DNA of 64,000 bases from Halioglobus sp. Its GTDB lineage: Bacteria; Pseudomonadota; Gammaproteobacteria; Pseudomonadales; Halieaceae. The translations under genes were made by a program, and so were the position numbers. Under the pieces are notes generated by a model, which made no database searches, was not told where the DNA came from, and saw only the letters and a list, made by a program, of their open reading frames with translations. Of this stretch, positions 36,827 through 47,822 are shown piece after piece; position 1 is the stretch's first letter, and each line of letters begins with the position of its first letter. Location: assembly GCA_047611225.1 (NCBI GenBank), contig JBLFWP010000003.1, positions 88,583 to 152,582 on the forward strand. Direction: 5' to 3'.

Positions 36827-38356
36827 TCAATTTTTAACGTTCAACATGTACTCGGCGACGGCGAGACGTGTCTCCTCATCAAGATAATCCTGCGGAGGCA
36901 TCTCTGGATAGTCATCCCGCTTTTTGCTTGGATTAGCGATGTATTGGGCTAGGCCTGCAGGATTATCGAGATACAACGCCTGAATGATCTGCACCGGCGG
37001 ACCAATCATGCGGCCTGTATAGGTATGGCAACCGGCGCAAATTCCCAGGTAGGCGATCTTGCCTCTATCTTCACTTTTAATCACCCTAGGTGGCACCGGT
37101 GGCAGCAGGTAGTTGGCAATTGTTGCCGTATTGGTGACGTCACACTCAGCGAAATCATCAATACCGGCGGTGACATAACGATGCCGATTGATTATACAGC
37201 TATCGACAGAGGGCCCTACCCGCACAATGTCAGGAAAGCCAGTTTTAAGCTCGGTCAGCATAAACGCCTTGATAAGATCTATCGCTTCATAGCCATTGTT
37301 GATCATCGTATTGTTGAGAATTTTTACTCGATCAGGGTTGGGCTCGGACTCCGGGTCGACAGTGATATTCGCCGCACTAGCGTGATCGTTGATAAGAATG
37401 CCCGTGTTCTTATTGTCGGTGATGATATTGCCTTCAACGACAACATCGTCCGCCGCCATAATCAGAATACCGGTACCTGCGGGAATACCGGCCACGGTAG
37501 ACCCTGGGGCGCCGAAATTGACATGGTTATTCCCGATCACAAAGTTGTTACGGATAATGACATCGAAGGTGGTTTTTATGGGCAGGCCGGGAGTGATAAA
37601 GGCGAGAATACCGCCCGTATTGTTGTGCACATAATTCCCTTCTACAATTGCATGACGACTGTTTTCTATTTCGATGCCCGCCACACTGTCAAATACTTCG
37701 TTGTAAGCAACGTGAACATTGTCACTCATGCCAACATAAATGGCGGCGTCCTCAATCCCTGAAACGACGTTGTGTTCGATCACACCATTCTGACCGAGCT
37801 GGGGAAAAATACCGTATACACCGGTATCGATAATGATGTTGTTGCGAATTTCCCAGTTGTTCCCGGCCTGGCTCATAATGCCATTGCCCTTGTAGCCAGT
37901 GATGGTGAAATTCTCTACCACGATGTTGTTGCCGGAATAGAGAATGGCATCATTCAGAATGCCTCCTCCGTCAAGAACGGCGCGCCTGCCCTCCTCGATA
38001 ACACCAATCAATCGAATGCCATCTTTATCAATGTAAACAGTTTCCTCATAGGTACCGGGCATGACTTGAATAGTGGTGCCTCGCGCAGCGGCCAATACAG
38101 CTTCCTGAATAGACTCACCATCTCTAACTGTAACGACCACATCTGTCATCGGGGGACCCGCGACAGACTTGCTATTACCACTCATAGAGAGCGTATTGTT
38201 CTCGGTTTTCACACCGCCGTCGTAGCTCGCCCCAGCACTGCCAGAAGTGATGACCGGTGTAACGTCCTGGCGCAGGCCGCTGATACGACCGCCTGTATAT
38301 GCAGCGAGAGCAACAACAACTAGTACAATCAGTGCAATGATTCTTCCAACGCTCAT
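36827..38356 (-). CDS. Membrane-anchored parallel beta-helix protein with C-terminal cytochrome c domain
   Basis: PbH1-like repeats (IRNN, VEGN), DAAIYVG, GIEIENS; CAGCH with distal Met in YPEMPP. Confidence 0.82.
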   Translation of the reverse strand: MSVGRIIALIVLVVVALAAYTGGRISGLRQDVTPVITSGSAGASYDGGVKTENNTLSMSGNSKSVAGPPMTDVVVTVRDGESIQEAVLAAARGTTIQVMPGTYEETVYIDKDGIRLIGVIEEGRRAVLDGGGILNDAILYSGNNIVVENFTITGYKGNGIMSQAGNNWEIRNNIIIDTGVYGIFPQLGQNGVIEHNVVSGIEDAAIYVGMSDNVHVAYNEVFDSVAGIEIENSRHAIVEGNYVHNNTGGILAFITPGLPIKTTFDVIIRNNFVIGNNHVNFGAPGSTVAGIPAGTGILIMAADDVVVEGNIITDNKNTGILINDHASAANITVDPESEPNPDRVKILNNTMINNGYEAIDLIKAFMLTELKTGFPDIVRVGPSVDSCIINRHRYVTAGIDDFAECDVTNTATIANYLLPPVPPRVIKSEDRGKIAYLGICAGCHTYTGRMIGPPVQIIQALYLDNPAGLAQYIANPSKKRDDYPEMPPQDYLDEETRLAVAEYMLNVKN

Positions 38357-39567
38357 AGGGGTTCTCCAATAATTGTGGGGCGAATTACAAGCTGTTCTTT
38401 TACATTATGGCCTATAGGGGTCAAGCCTGAGGGCACGCGATCAGGGATCTGCGGCTTCAAGCTTTCGTCGGTCAGAGTCTGTAGGAAATCAGTCAGTCTA
38501 TCCAACTCATAGTCTGTCAGGTTCGGGGAAGAAATATGCCAATGCAATTGCAGATCAACACCCTGGGGAACCGCGTGCCCTCTACCCCCATTGTAAAATG
38601 CCGTCGTATCACGGAGGTTATCGAACAAACCCGAATGCATGTATGGCGCAGTTTCGCCAATATTGCGCAACGTGGGCACTTTAAAACCCGCTTTTAACTT
38701 GGGCGCATTGAACGTCTTTTGCGCACCGATATCAATGGCCCGACCTTCAGGCTCTGGCGCGCCAATGACAGCAATCTGTTGGTTGGTAAACAATGGGGGG
38801 GTATGACACTCAGCGCAACGGGACACAAACGATCGAAAAACATTCAGCCCCTCGATTTCCGGCTTGGTCAACGCTGCATGATACCCATGTGCATAGCGGT
38901 CGTAACGGCTGTTTAGTGAAATCAACGAGGTCTCAAATGCGGTTATCGCGATGTACACCTGCGCTAAAGCTATCCCCTCAGCCTCGTTCTCGCCAAAAGC
39001 TTCCTGAAACAACTGAATATACACCGGCACATCATTCAGGCTCGCCAGTAAGTTTTCAGGGGAATTCCCCATTTCATTGGCGGCGTACAGAGGCCCCGTA
39101 GCCTGGTCTTCCAATGAGTCTGACCGCGCATCCCAGAAAAAACTGTTTAGAAACGCCACGTTCCATAGTGTCGGGGCGGCGCGCGCCACCTCCTGCCCGC
39201 CAATGCCTATTGAGCGAGCGTGTCCGTCGCTGAAACCTTTATCCGGGTGATGACAACTAGCACAGGACACAGTGTTATCGCCCGATAGAATAGGATCAAA
39301 AAAAAGGTATCTTCCCAGATCGATCTGTTGCGGTGTGAAGCCATCACGATGATCCGGGAGGGAAGTTTGAGTGCCGCCAAGGCCGCGCCCCTGCACCGAA
39401 TCGTAGAACTCATAGAGAGTACGAAGTTTACAAATGCCCTGCGGCGTTTTTTCAAAACTCGGTGGGCACATATTACTGAGAGTGAAAACTTCAGGCGCTG
39501 CAGCATTGGCAGTAAGCCAAAAAATAAGCGACGTGATCGCCAGCAGGGCTGACAAACATCTGATCAT
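38353..39567 (-). CDS. Di-heme cytochrome c peroxidase/MauG family protein
   Basis: LGRYLFFDPILS, CASCH, FWDAR, NEM, CAECH, FKVPTLRN, TAPYMHSG. Confidence 0.9.
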   Translation of the reverse strand: MIRCLSALLAITSLIFWLTANAAAPEVFTLSNMCPPSFEKTPQGICKLRTLYEFYDSVQGRGLGGTQTSLPDHRDGFTPQQIDLGRYLFFDPILSGDNTVSCASCHHPDKGFSDGHARSIGIGGQEVARAAPTLWNVAFLNSFFWDARSDSLEDQATGPLYAANEMGNSPENLLASLNDVPVYIQLFQEAFGENEAEGIALAQVYIAITAFETSLISLNSRYDRYAHGYHAALTKPEIEGLNVFRSFVSRCAECHTPPLFTNQQIAVIGAPEPEGRAIDIGAQKTFNAPKLKAGFKVPTLRNIGETAPYMHSGLFDNLRDTTAFYNGGRGHAVPQGVDLQLHWHISSPNLTDYELDRLTDFLQTLTDESLKPQIPDRVPSGLTPIGHNVKEQLVIRPTIIGEPL

Positions 39568-39590
39568 TGCTTAGTCTGCCTATAACACAT

Positions 39591-40214
39591 TTACTGCCCG
39601 CCCAGAGACTGAATAAAAGCGAGCACATCGGTCAGATCTTTGTCTGTTGGTAGTGTCGTGGACATCATTTTCATTTGCAGCCCGTAGCGATCCTTTGGGT
39701 CTGAACCCCGCAATCCCTTTTGAAAATCCTCCATCTGTCTTGTCAAATAGTCGCCATCCAGAATCGCCAGATTGGGGGAATTCAACCCACTATTACCCTG
39801 GGCCTTACCGCCATGGCAGGCGCCACAACTGGACTGATAATAGTTACTGCCATTGCGCATATCACCGTCCGCGGTAGTCGCCGTGGAGGCGTCGGGAAGC
39901 CCGGCAAGATAGCTGGCAAGGATGGGAATGTCAGCATCAGAAACGGCGCTGGACATAGCCTTCATCTGCGCGCCGGGCCCATCGTTGCTATCGCCGCCCC
40001 GCCGTCCCTCCTTGAAGTTCTCCAGCTGTCGCTGCAGGTAGCTCGCATCCTGCCCTGCCAGCGCTGGCGCTCCCAGCGGCACGCTACCCTCTCCCGCCGC
40101 ACCATGGCATGCAATACAGGACTGGTACGCCGCAGGCACTGGCTCGCCGGCGAGTACCGAAGGGAGAAAAACCAGGGTGGCTGACCACACCAGAAGTGCA
40201 GTGAGTGCTCTCAT
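39591..40214 (-). CDS. Di-heme cytochrome c4/c553
   Basis: Signal peptide; CIACHG and CGACHG; PALAGQ...YL.RQ repeats. Confidence 0.9.
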   Translation of the reverse strand: MRALTALLVWSATLVFLPSVLAGEPVPAAYQSCIACHGAAGEGSVPLGAPALAGQDASYLQRQLENFKEGRRGGDSNDGPGAQMKAMSSAVSDADIPILASYLAGLPDASTATTADGDMRNGSNYYQSSCGACHGGKAQGNSGLNSPNLAILDGDYLTRQMEDFQKGLRGSDPKDRYGLQMKMMSTTLPTDKDLTDVLAFIQSLGGQ

Positions 40215-40324
40215 CGCGCTATTACTCCTCGCTAGTTATCACCGGAACCTGTAATGATACCCACTACCGGCTCTCTGGCGACAGTGTCTCTTAAAGCGAA
40301 CCTTTCAACAAAGTAGGGCCAAGG

Positions 40325-40711
40325 TTACGCCGGTAAACTGCTCTGCATATTGGCTGCAATGGAGGTGGCAATTCGCTTCGCCCGTTCCGCTCGCTCGCCG
40401 CAAAAATATTCATCTACGGTTGCGACAAACAACGCCAGCCAACGCTCAAAGTCTGTTTTTTGCAGAGCACGTTTACCATGAAGTTGACGATGGATGTTCA
40501 TGGTGTGCCGCTGATACTGCTTTTCACCAAGCAGCAGCTTGCACCAATAATCTTTAATGTGGGGAAGATGAACAGACAAATCGATTTCCGCAACATCAAC
40601 AAAAATAGGCGCTAACAATTCATCCGCAAGCATACGCTCATAAAAATAATCCACGAAAATTTCTATGCTTTCGCGAGAGTCCATATCTGGCCTGTGGGCG
40701 CCAGCAGACAT
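40325..40711 (-). CDS. Group III truncated hemoglobin
   Basis: VDYFYE...LAPIF...HLPHIKDYW...MNIH...FERWLALF. Confidence 0.88.
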   Translation of the reverse strand: MSAGAHRPDMDSRESIEIFVDYFYERMLADELLAPIFVDVAEIDLSVHLPHIKDYWCKLLLGEKQYQRHTMNIHRQLHGKRALQKTDFERWLALFVATVDEYFCGERAERAKRIATSIAANMQSSLPA

Positions 40712-40714
40712 CGC

Positions 40715-42124
40715 CTACTTCTTTTTACTCTTGGGTTTCTTGGGGTAAGTCGAGAGGCGCCTCTTGCGCTGTACTTGACGTTCAGTAAGCTTGCCGCGCT
40801 TTACTGCAAAAGGGTTCTCGCTGGTTTTAAACTCAATGCGCACCGGCGTACCCGCCAACTTCAGCTCACGGCGGAAAACCTTTTCAAGGTAGCGTATGTA
40901 GCTATTTGGCACCTTGCCGGTCTGGTTGCCATGGATGATGATCAGGGGCGGATTCTGCCCTCCGGCGTGAGCGTAGCGTAATTTTATACGGCGCCCATTA
41001 ATCATCGGTGGTGCGTGTTCAAACACCGCACCTTCAAGAACTTGAGTAAGTGCATTGGTATTAAGCTTGCGCGTAGCAGAGTCGTAGGCGGCCCCCACTG
41101 ACTTGTAAAGGTGCCCCACCCCAGTGCCATGCAGCGCGGAGATAGTATGGGTATCAGCATAATCAGCAAAACGTAGTCTGCGATCTAGCTCAGTTTTGAT
41201 CCAGGCGCGTTGGTCGGCATCAATGCCATCCCATTTATTAACTGCCAGCACTAAACCTCTACCAGCGTCGACACAGTGTCCGATCAAATGCATGTCCTGA
41301 TCGACAATGCCCTCGTGCGCATCCATTACAAGAATAACCACATGAGCGTCGGCGACAGCTTTCAGCGTCTTTACAATAGAGAATTTCTCGACCACCAACC
41401 TCACGTTCTTACGCCGGCGCACACCTGCCGTGTCTATCAGTGTGTATTTTTGGCCATCACGCTCGAAGTCAATATAGATACTGTCGCGAGTCGTTCCCGG
41501 TTCATCAAAAACCACAACCCGCTCTTCGCCCAATAAGCGATTAACCAATGTCGATTTCCCAACATTGGGACGCCCGACAATAGCGACGCGGATACTATTG
41601 GGGTACCGCTCCAGCTCTGAATGCTCTTCAGGCTCAGGGAATGTCTCTAAAATGGCTTCGACCATGGCGGTAACACCACGTCCATGGGAGGCCGCAATGG
41701 CATACATGGTTTCAACGCCCAGAGAATAAAAATCGCTAGTGGCTATGTCTTCATTGAGACCATCAATTTTATTAACGACCAAGTGAAACGCTTTGTTGCG
41801 TTGGCGCAAGTGTGTAGCAACTGCTTGATCCGTGGCGTTCAAGCCCTCTCGGGCATCCACAATAAATAGAACAGCATCGGCTTCTTCAATTGCCATTAGC
41901 GACTGCTCAGCCATTGGCGAGTCGATACCGAAATCTTCTCCGGTTATGCCACCTGTGTCGATAACTACGAAGGGGCGACTGCCGATTCGGGCTGCGCCGT
42001 ATTTACGGTCTCGCGTTAAACCGGGAAAGTCGGCTACCAGAGCATCGCGGCTGCGCGTCAACTGGTTGAACAACGTGGACTTGCCGACATTGGGGCGCCC
42101 GACCAGGGCGATAACAGGTAGCAT
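40715..42124 (-). CDS. der: Ribosome biogenesis GTPase Der
   Basis: Two GRPNVGKS G-domains; KLRYAHAGG in the KH-like domain. Confidence 0.97.
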   Translation of the reverse strand: MLPVIALVGRPNVGKSTLFNQLTRSRDALVADFPGLTRDRKYGAARIGSRPFVVIDTGGITGEDFGIDSPMAEQSLMAIEEADAVLFIVDAREGLNATDQAVATHLRQRNKAFHLVVNKIDGLNEDIATSDFYSLGVETMYAIAASHGRGVTAMVEAILETFPEPEEHSELERYPNSIRVAIVGRPNVGKSTLVNRLLGEERVVVFDEPGTTRDSIYIDFERDGQKYTLIDTAGVRRRKNVRLVVEKFSIVKTLKAVADAHVVILVMDAHEGIVDQDMHLIGHCVDAGRGLVLAVNKWDGIDADQRAWIKTELDRRLRFADYADTHTISALHGTGVGHLYKSVGAAYDSATRKLNTNALTQVLEGAVFEHAPPMINGRRIKLRYAHAGGQNPPLIIIHGNQTGKVPNSYIRYLEKVFRRELKLAGTPVRIEFKTSENPFAVKRGKLTERQVQRKRRLSTYPKKPKSKKK

Positions 42125-43320
42125 CAGTTCTTCGCAGTAATCTCATAGGCAACAAGATTGCCGCTATTGCCATAGACATAAAGCACGTTACCTTCACTGC
42201 TCATATCGGCGCGTGCGCCATCGCCGTCGACCTTAACGCGCCCCACAAACTCGCCGTCCACTTGGGATATTAAGTGCACAATACCTTCAAAATCTGCCAC
42301 AGCTACGTAGCTGCTCACCGGGGTTGGCCGGGATAATTCACGGTAACCCAACGCACCCTGTACCCAGCGAACACCTCTACTGCCGCGCAGGAAAGCGTTT
42401 AGCGTACCGTCTTCGTCCGCGACATAAACATTACCGAAGCCCTGAGAAACACCTGAAAACGACGACACATCTTCTTGCCACAGTTTGCGCCCATTAGCGA
42501 CATCGATGGCCACCAATTTTCCTTGATAACTGGCCGCGTAGAGTTCATTGCCCATCAACTCCATCGTGCCGTCCACATCCACAATCCGTTCAATTTCTGA
42601 ACGGCCCTGCGAGATTGCCACGCGAACTTCCCAGACGATAGCCCCTGTCTGCACTTTGAAAGCCAGTACACGGCCATTGGCGAAACCGACATAGACCTTA
42701 TCACCATCAATGATCGGCACACTGGTTCCACGTATGGTGAGAACGGGAACGTTACTGTCGTATGTCCAGAGCAGCTCCCCCGTTTGAAAATCCAAGCCCT
42801 GTAACTTCCCGTCATAGGTCTGTGCGATAACAACTTTGCCGTTGCTCTGGGGCGGCGACAATACTTCACCGCGAAGCTGCGTAGCCCACAGCTCTTCGCC
42901 CGTATTTGCATCGAGCTTGAGCACAGAGCCTTCACTGCTGCCCAGCAGCAGAGCATCTTCATAGACACCTACTCCGCCTGACAAAGCTCTATCGAGACCT
43001 GCTTTCCAAACAGTCTTGCCGCTATCGCGCTGCAGTGCTTTTACTCGACCTTCAGCCGAAGCTGCGTAAATAATGTCTCCACTGATAGCCGGCCGCAATT
43101 TCTGCAAACCCTTGCCCTGACCATCGCCAATCCCAGTGGACCACAGTTTTTTGATCTTGACGGTTGTTTCAATATCGGTAAGTTCAACCGGCGCCTTTGG
43201 ATCTTCATCATCAGATGAAAACCAATCGGAAATTGTACTGCAGCTAGTTACCGTCAGGACAACAAGTAGAAGAAGTGAGCGTCGTAATATCAGGCCCATG
43301 CGTTCAACCCTCATCCGCAT
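42124..43320 (-). CDS. bamB: Outer membrane assembly lipoprotein BamB
   Basis: Lipobox Cys, beta-propeller repeats, [12 protein letters not shown]; conserved position before der. Confidence 0.93.
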   Translation of the reverse strand: MRMRVERMGLILRRSLLLLVVLTVTSCSTISDWFSSDDEDPKAPVELTDIETTVKIKKLWSTGIGDGQGKGLQKLRPAISGDIIYAASAEGRVKALQRDSGKTVWKAGLDRALSGGVGVYEDALLLGSSEGSVLKLDANTGEELWATQLRGEVLSPPQSNGKVVIAQTYDGKLQGLDFQTGELLWTYDSNVPVLTIRGTSVPIIDGDKVYVGFANGRVLAFKVQTGAIVWEVRVAISQGRSEIERIVDVDGTMELMGNELYAASYQGKLVAIDVANGRKLWQEDVSSFSGVSQGFGNVYVADEDGTLNAFLRGSRGVRWVQGALGYRELSRPTPVSSYVAVADFEGIVHLISQVDGEFVGRVKVDGDGARADMSSEGNVLYVYGNSGNLVAYEITAKN

Positions 43321-44089
43321 CGATTTCAGTCTCAGTCATGGGCTCTGGCGCGGCGAGTGCTTCGGACCCGATCATGGGCTCGGGCTCAACCGTATCAACA
43401 ATCTCAACTGGAACTTCAGCAGAACCTACTGCGGCAACTGGCGTCAGGCTTTGAATCTTCTGCTGCAGAGCTGGCAAATTAGTGCCTGCTCCATCCGTCA
43501 AAGCGATAGCCATGGCCTGATTGTAGGCTGCGCGCGCCTCATCGTCGCGCCCAGCGGTGTACAGAATATCGCCCTGCGCAATCGCGTAGGACGCTCCGTA
43601 AGAGCCTCCCTGTGCATCTGCAATAATCGCCAGAGCTTGATCAGTATCACCACCAGCCGCCAGTACGCGGGCCAAACGCAGTTGAGCTACCTGCGCATTG
43701 TCGCTGCCCTTATCTGCCTTCCCCAACACCCAGCGCAGTTGCGCTTCCGCCTCCGGCAACTGCCCTTCCCTTACCGCCATGGCAGCCAAATGCAGCGCGG
43801 CATATTGTGCGTAAGCAGTGCTACTAAAGCCGCTTTTCAATTGCTCAGCCATCTCTAGTGCCAACCCTTCCTCTCGCGCCTGGCCGGGCTGAGGATTCGA
43901 AGCTTTCAACATTGCCTGATAAATATCTGAGGCCTGCTCCTGCTCCAGCACCTGATTTTCGGTCCAGGTTTTCCAACCGAAACCAGAGGCCAACGCTACA
44001 ACTATAGCCATAATGGTGGTAGTGCCATTCTCTTTCCACCAGCGACGCAGTGCCTGTACCTGTTCTTCTTCTGTACCGTATTGATCCAC
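43304..44089 (-). CDS. yfgM: YfgM ancillary SecYEG subunit (TPR)
   Basis: EEEQVQALRRWWKENG, LRLARV; between hisS and bamB. Confidence 0.9.
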   Translation of the reverse strand: MDQYGTEEEQVQALRRWWKENGTTTIMAIVVALASGFGWKTWTENQVLEQEQASDIYQAMLKASNPQPGQAREEGLALEMAEQLKSGFSSTAYAQYAALHLAAMAVREGQLPEAEAQLRWVLGKADKGSDNAQVAQLRLARVLAAGGDTDQALAIIADAQGGSYGASYAIAQGDILYTAGRDDEARAAYNQAMAIALTDGAGTNLPALQQKIQSLTPVAAVGSAEVPVEIVDTVEPEPMIGSEALAAPEPMTETEIDADEG

Positions 44090-44113
44090 TTCAATCGTTC
44101 CTCTTTATCAGTC

Positions 44114-45403
44114 TCAAAGCTCGAGCACTTTAACCAGTGTCGACCCCAATTCATCAAGTAATACCGTTTGCTGTTCAGATTTTTCACCTGAACCCTTAGT
44201 GTCCCGCAGCGATTTTACAGTGACTGTTTTCGCTGCCACTTCGTTATCTCCCCAGATCAGGGCGAGGCGCGCGCCACTCTTGTCTGCCTTTTTCATCTGA
44301 CTTTTAAAACTTCCACCACCCGCGTGCACAACAATGCGCAGCTGTGGGTGATTCTCCCGAATGCTCTCTGTCGCTACCAATGCCGTGCACTGAGCCTCTT
44401 CACCAGCAGCCACGATGTAGATATCCACCTCAGTGACTGGCACTGCCACCGCATTTTCAATCAGTAGTAGAACCAACCGCTCCATACCCATGGCAAAGCC
44501 AATGGCAGGCGTAGACTTGCCACCCAGTTGTTCTACCAAACTATCGTAGCGCCCACCTCCACATACCGTACCCTGAGCCCCGAGCCGGGTTGTCACCCAC
44601 TCAAAAACGGTTTTGTTGTAATAGTCCAGGCCACGCACAAGACGATTATTGAGTGTATAAGGAATACCGGCTGCGTTAAGTAACTCACACAGGCGCGAAA
44701 AATCCGCCTGCGACTCTTCGTCGAGATATTCTGTCAGCGTCGGCGCTCCATCCAACAGAGCCTGCGTTTGCTCGTTTTTACTGTCGAGAATACGCAGAGG
44801 GTTGGTATCCAAACGACGGAGGCTGTCTTCATCCAACGCTGCAACATGCAGCTTCAAGTAATCCACCAGCGCTGCTCGATAATTTTTTCGGGACTCCAGA
44901 CTACCAATGGTATTGAGCTGAAGATCAACACAACCTGCGATCCCCAATTGTCGCCACAGTCGAGCACACAAAAGGATCATCTCTGCGTCCATGTCAGGGC
45001 TGGCGATGCCAAAAGACTCCGCCCCGATCTGATGGAACTGCCGCTGCCGACCTTTTTGCGGGCGTTCATAGCGAAACATAGGGCCGCTGTACCAGAGCCG
45101 GCGCGGAACACTGAGCAGGCTTTGCTGTATAGCGGCGCGAACACAGCCCGCAGTGCCTTCAGGGCGCAATGTCATGCCATCGCCATTGCGGTCTTCAAAG
45201 GAATACATTTCCTTTTCGACGATGTCAGTTACTTCGCCAATCGAACGATTGAACAAGGCAGTTTTCTCTGCAATCGGCAGTCTTATCTCGCTATAGCCAT
45301 AGCCAGACAGCAGGCCAGCGACTGTCTGCTCCAGAAACTGCCAATAGGGTGTCTCATCCGGAAGAATGTCATTCATCCCCCGTATGGCTCTTAACTCGCT
45401 CAC
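44114..45403 (-). CDS. hisS: Histidyl-tRNA synthetase
   Basis: [30 protein letters not shown]. Confidence 0.97.
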   Translation of the reverse strand: MSELRAIRGMNDILPDETPYWQFLEQTVAGLLSGYGYSEIRLPIAEKTALFNRSIGEVTDIVEKEMYSFEDRNGDGMTLRPEGTAGCVRAAIQQSLLSVPRRLWYSGPMFRYERPQKGRQRQFHQIGAESFGIASPDMDAEMILLCARLWRQLGIAGCVDLQLNTIGSLESRKNYRAALVDYLKLHVAALDEDSLRRLDTNPLRILDSKNEQTQALLDGAPTLTEYLDEESQADFSRLCELLNAAGIPYTLNNRLVRGLDYYNKTVFEWVTTRLGAQGTVCGGGRYDSLVEQLGGKSTPAIGFAMGMERLVLLLIENAVAVPVTEVDIYIVAAGEEAQCTALVATESIRENHPQLRIVVHAGGGSFKSQMKKADKSGARLALIWGDNEVAAKTVTVKSLRDTKGSGEKSEQQTVLLDELGSTLVKVLEL

Positions 45404-45430
45404 ATATTCTCCAGTGTCTATCGCCGCGGA

Positions 45431-46558
45431 TCAGGTCGTTTTGGCGATCAGTTTTTCCGCTTCCAGCGCCCGGGATTTCTCAAGATCAGTTGCACGCTGG
45501 CGTATTACTTGTTCCAAATGATCTACAAAGTCTGTGTTGCTAACTTTGTGGTCAGGCTCGCCGGCCACATAGATTAGATTGCTGGGGCTGGCGCCAGTGA
45601 GTCCTACGTCTGCCTCCCGAGCCTCCCCTGGACCATTAACAATGCAGCCGATCACAGCTACATCCATTGGTGTACGAATATCCTCCAAACGCTGCTCAAG
45701 AATATTCATGGTAGCAACAACATCAAAATTCTGACGCGAACAGCTGGGGCAGGCAATGAAGTTAATACCGTTGGCGCGTAGATTCAGGCTCTTTAGAATA
45801 TCAAAACCCACCTTCACCTCTTCCACAGGGTCTGCAGCCAAAGAGATGCGCAATGTGTCGCCAATTCCGTCTCGCAGCAGCATACCAAGTCCTACCGCAG
45901 ATTTTACCGTGCCACCTCTTAAACCACCTGCTTCGGTAATACCCAAATGCAGAGGCTGATCAATCTCTTTTGCCAACAAGCGGTAAGCTTCCACCGCCAT
46001 AAATACGCCTGATGCTTTGACGCTAACTTTAAACTCCGGGTAATTAAACTTATCCAGAATATCAACATGATGCATGGCCGATTCCACTAACGCCGCAGGC
46101 GTTGGCTCACCGTACTTGCGTTGTAACTCTTTACTTAACGAACCGGCGTTCACACCAATTCGAATAGGAATACCTTTGTCTCGCGCGGAATTTATAACCT
46201 CGCGCACCTTGTCATCTCGCCCGATATTGCCAGGATTAATACGTAAACAATCAACACCGTATTCGGCAACCTTCAATGCAATTTTGTGGTCGAAATGGAT
46301 ATCCGCCACCAGTGGCACGGTGACCTGAGCGCGAATTTTCTTAAAAGCTTCCGCTGCATCCATATCTGGTACAGAAATTCGCACAATATCAGCGCCCGCG
46401 TCTGCAATGGCCTGCACCTGAGCGACGGTTGCCGCCACATCGCAGGTATCTGTATTGGTCATACTCTGAACGCTGATGGGTGCATCACCGCCAACCGCAA
46501 CATCGCCTACAAAAATCTGTCGGGATTTGCGGCGCTTAATGGGTGATTCTGCGTTCAT
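45431..46558 (-). CDS. ispG: HMBPP synthase
   Basis: [30 protein letters not shown]. Confidence 0.97.
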   Translation of the reverse strand: MNAESPIKRRKSRQIFVGDVAVGGDAPISVQSMTNTDTCDVAATVAQVQAIADAGADIVRISVPDMDAAEAFKKIRAQVTVPLVADIHFDHKIALKVAEYGVDCLRINPGNIGRDDKVREVINSARDKGIPIRIGVNAGSLSKELQRKYGEPTPAALVESAMHHVDILDKFNYPEFKVSVKASGVFMAVEAYRLLAKEIDQPLHLGITEAGGLRGGTVKSAVGLGMLLRDGIGDTLRISLAADPVEEVKVGFDILKSLNLRANGINFIACPSCSRQNFDVVATMNILEQRLEDIRTPMDVAVIGCIVNGPGEAREADVGLTGASPSNLIYVAGEPDHKVSNTDFVDHLEQVIRQRATDLEKSRALEAEKLIAKTT

Positions 46559-47031
46559 TTTTCAACTCCCACAAACTGATGCATTTTTTCCAAAGTCTCG
46601 GTGACTCCATCTGGCTCTGCGACGGTTTCTTTTTGACCGCCCTGCTGCCACCACAGCACTATTACGAGTAGCACTAAAATACCAAGGCCAATAATCACGC
46701 CCGCACCTGTGCGCTGCAACTGCAATGGCTGGGTTTCTATTCGCCTGTTCGGCTGCCCGGGCTGGCTGCTCATCAATTCCTCGAAAAGCTCCATTAAATG
46801 CTTTTCATCCAGTTCCAACAGCCTGCCATAAGCTTTGACGTAGCCCCGTGCAAACGACGGACTGCGCAATGCCTCGTAGTCATCCCGCTCAAGAATGCCC
46901 ACGTAATCCGGCATCAGATTTAGCTGGTCCGCCGCATCTCGCTCAGACAAGCCACAAGCTTCCCTAGCAGCCTTCAACACCAACCCTGGAGTGCTAAAAG
47001 CATCAATCTGCTTAAGTGCTCCGTCAGCCAC
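46555..47031 (-). CDS. rodZ: Short RodZ-like HTH membrane protein
   Basis: [10 protein letters not shown]...[13 protein letters not shown], one TM; between pilW and ispG. Confidence 0.75.
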   Translation of the reverse strand: MADGALKQIDAFSTPGLVLKAAREACGLSERDAADQLNLMPDYVGILERDDYEALRSPSFARGYVKAYGRLLELDEKHLMELFEELMSSQPGQPNRRIETQPLQLQRTGAGVIIGLGILVLLVIVLWWQQGGQKETVAEPDGVTETLEKMHQFVGVEK

Positions 47032-47821
47032 CCTGCTGCGCCTTCTTGTAGAGTTTGTATTGTTCAGAATCGGGGAAGCGATTTCTCAACGCCAGACCAA
47101 AACTGGCTTCGGCATCTACGTCGCCCTTTTCTTGTGCGAGCCGAATGCCAAGGAACAATCCTCGAGCTGACTGCTGCCTGGCGACACGGTGATAAATATC
47201 ATAGAACTTATTCGCCTCCACCAGATCATCTGCGTCGTAACGCATCTGGGCCATTTCCAACAGGGCAATTTGATTGGTCCGCTCCATTGCGAGCGCCCTG
47301 GAAAAGGCCTGCTCGGCACCCTCAATATTCTCCAGTCTTTTCCGACACAATCCCAAATTTACAAACGCGCGCGCTCTGCCGGTGTATAGCGAGTCTGCAA
47401 CCACCAACTCCAACTGCGACTCGGCCTTTTCATATTCGCCCTGGCTATAGAGGAATGCAGCATAGTTGTTGCGACAGCGTGAACAACCTCGATCTAACCT
47501 GATGGACTTTTCGAAATTTTCTTCCGCAAGCTCGAACTCGCCTGTTCTTTGGTAAAGCAATGCAAAAACTTCATGGACCTGCGCATCGTCAGGGTCAATT
47601 TCATAAGCCATCAGCAGATTGCGCTTGGCATAGTCCCAGTTGCCTTCGCCAATATACTGGCGCGCCAGGGAGACCCTTCTCTCAAGTGCTTTCTCGGGAG
47701 AGGCTTTCTCTGTGAAGCCTCCTTCAGTCGTCGTTACGCATGCGCCCAACAACGAGCTAAGCATTACAATGATAACGAATGGAACCAGTTTATTGACGCT
47801 CATAGGTAGTCTTAGTTCCAC
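47024..47821 (-). CDS. pilW: Type IV pilus pilotin PilW/PilF
   Basis: Lipobox LGAC, TPRs, NNYAAFL; follows rlmN (alternative start 47803). Confidence 0.88.
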   Translation of the reverse strand: MELRLPMSVNKLVPFVIIVMLSSLLGACVTTTEGGFTEKASPEKALERRVSLARQYIGEGNWDYAKRNLLMAYEIDPDDAQVHEVFALLYQRTGEFELAEENFEKSIRLDRGCSRCRNNYAAFLYSQGEYEKAESQLELVVADSLYTGRARAFVNLGLCRKRLENIEGAEQAFSRALAMERTNQIALLEMAQMRYDADDLVEANKFYDIYHRVARQQSARGLFLGIRLAQEKGDVDAEASFGLALRNRFPDSEQYKLYKKAQQGG

Positions 47822-47822
47822 T

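Noticed and set aside
37025-38323. Long plus-strand ORFs (245 and 183 aa) opposite the beta-helix gene; similar ones lie opposite purL, hisS, yfgM and aceA
   Set aside because: Antisense shadows of well-supported genes, with no SD or recognisable motifs
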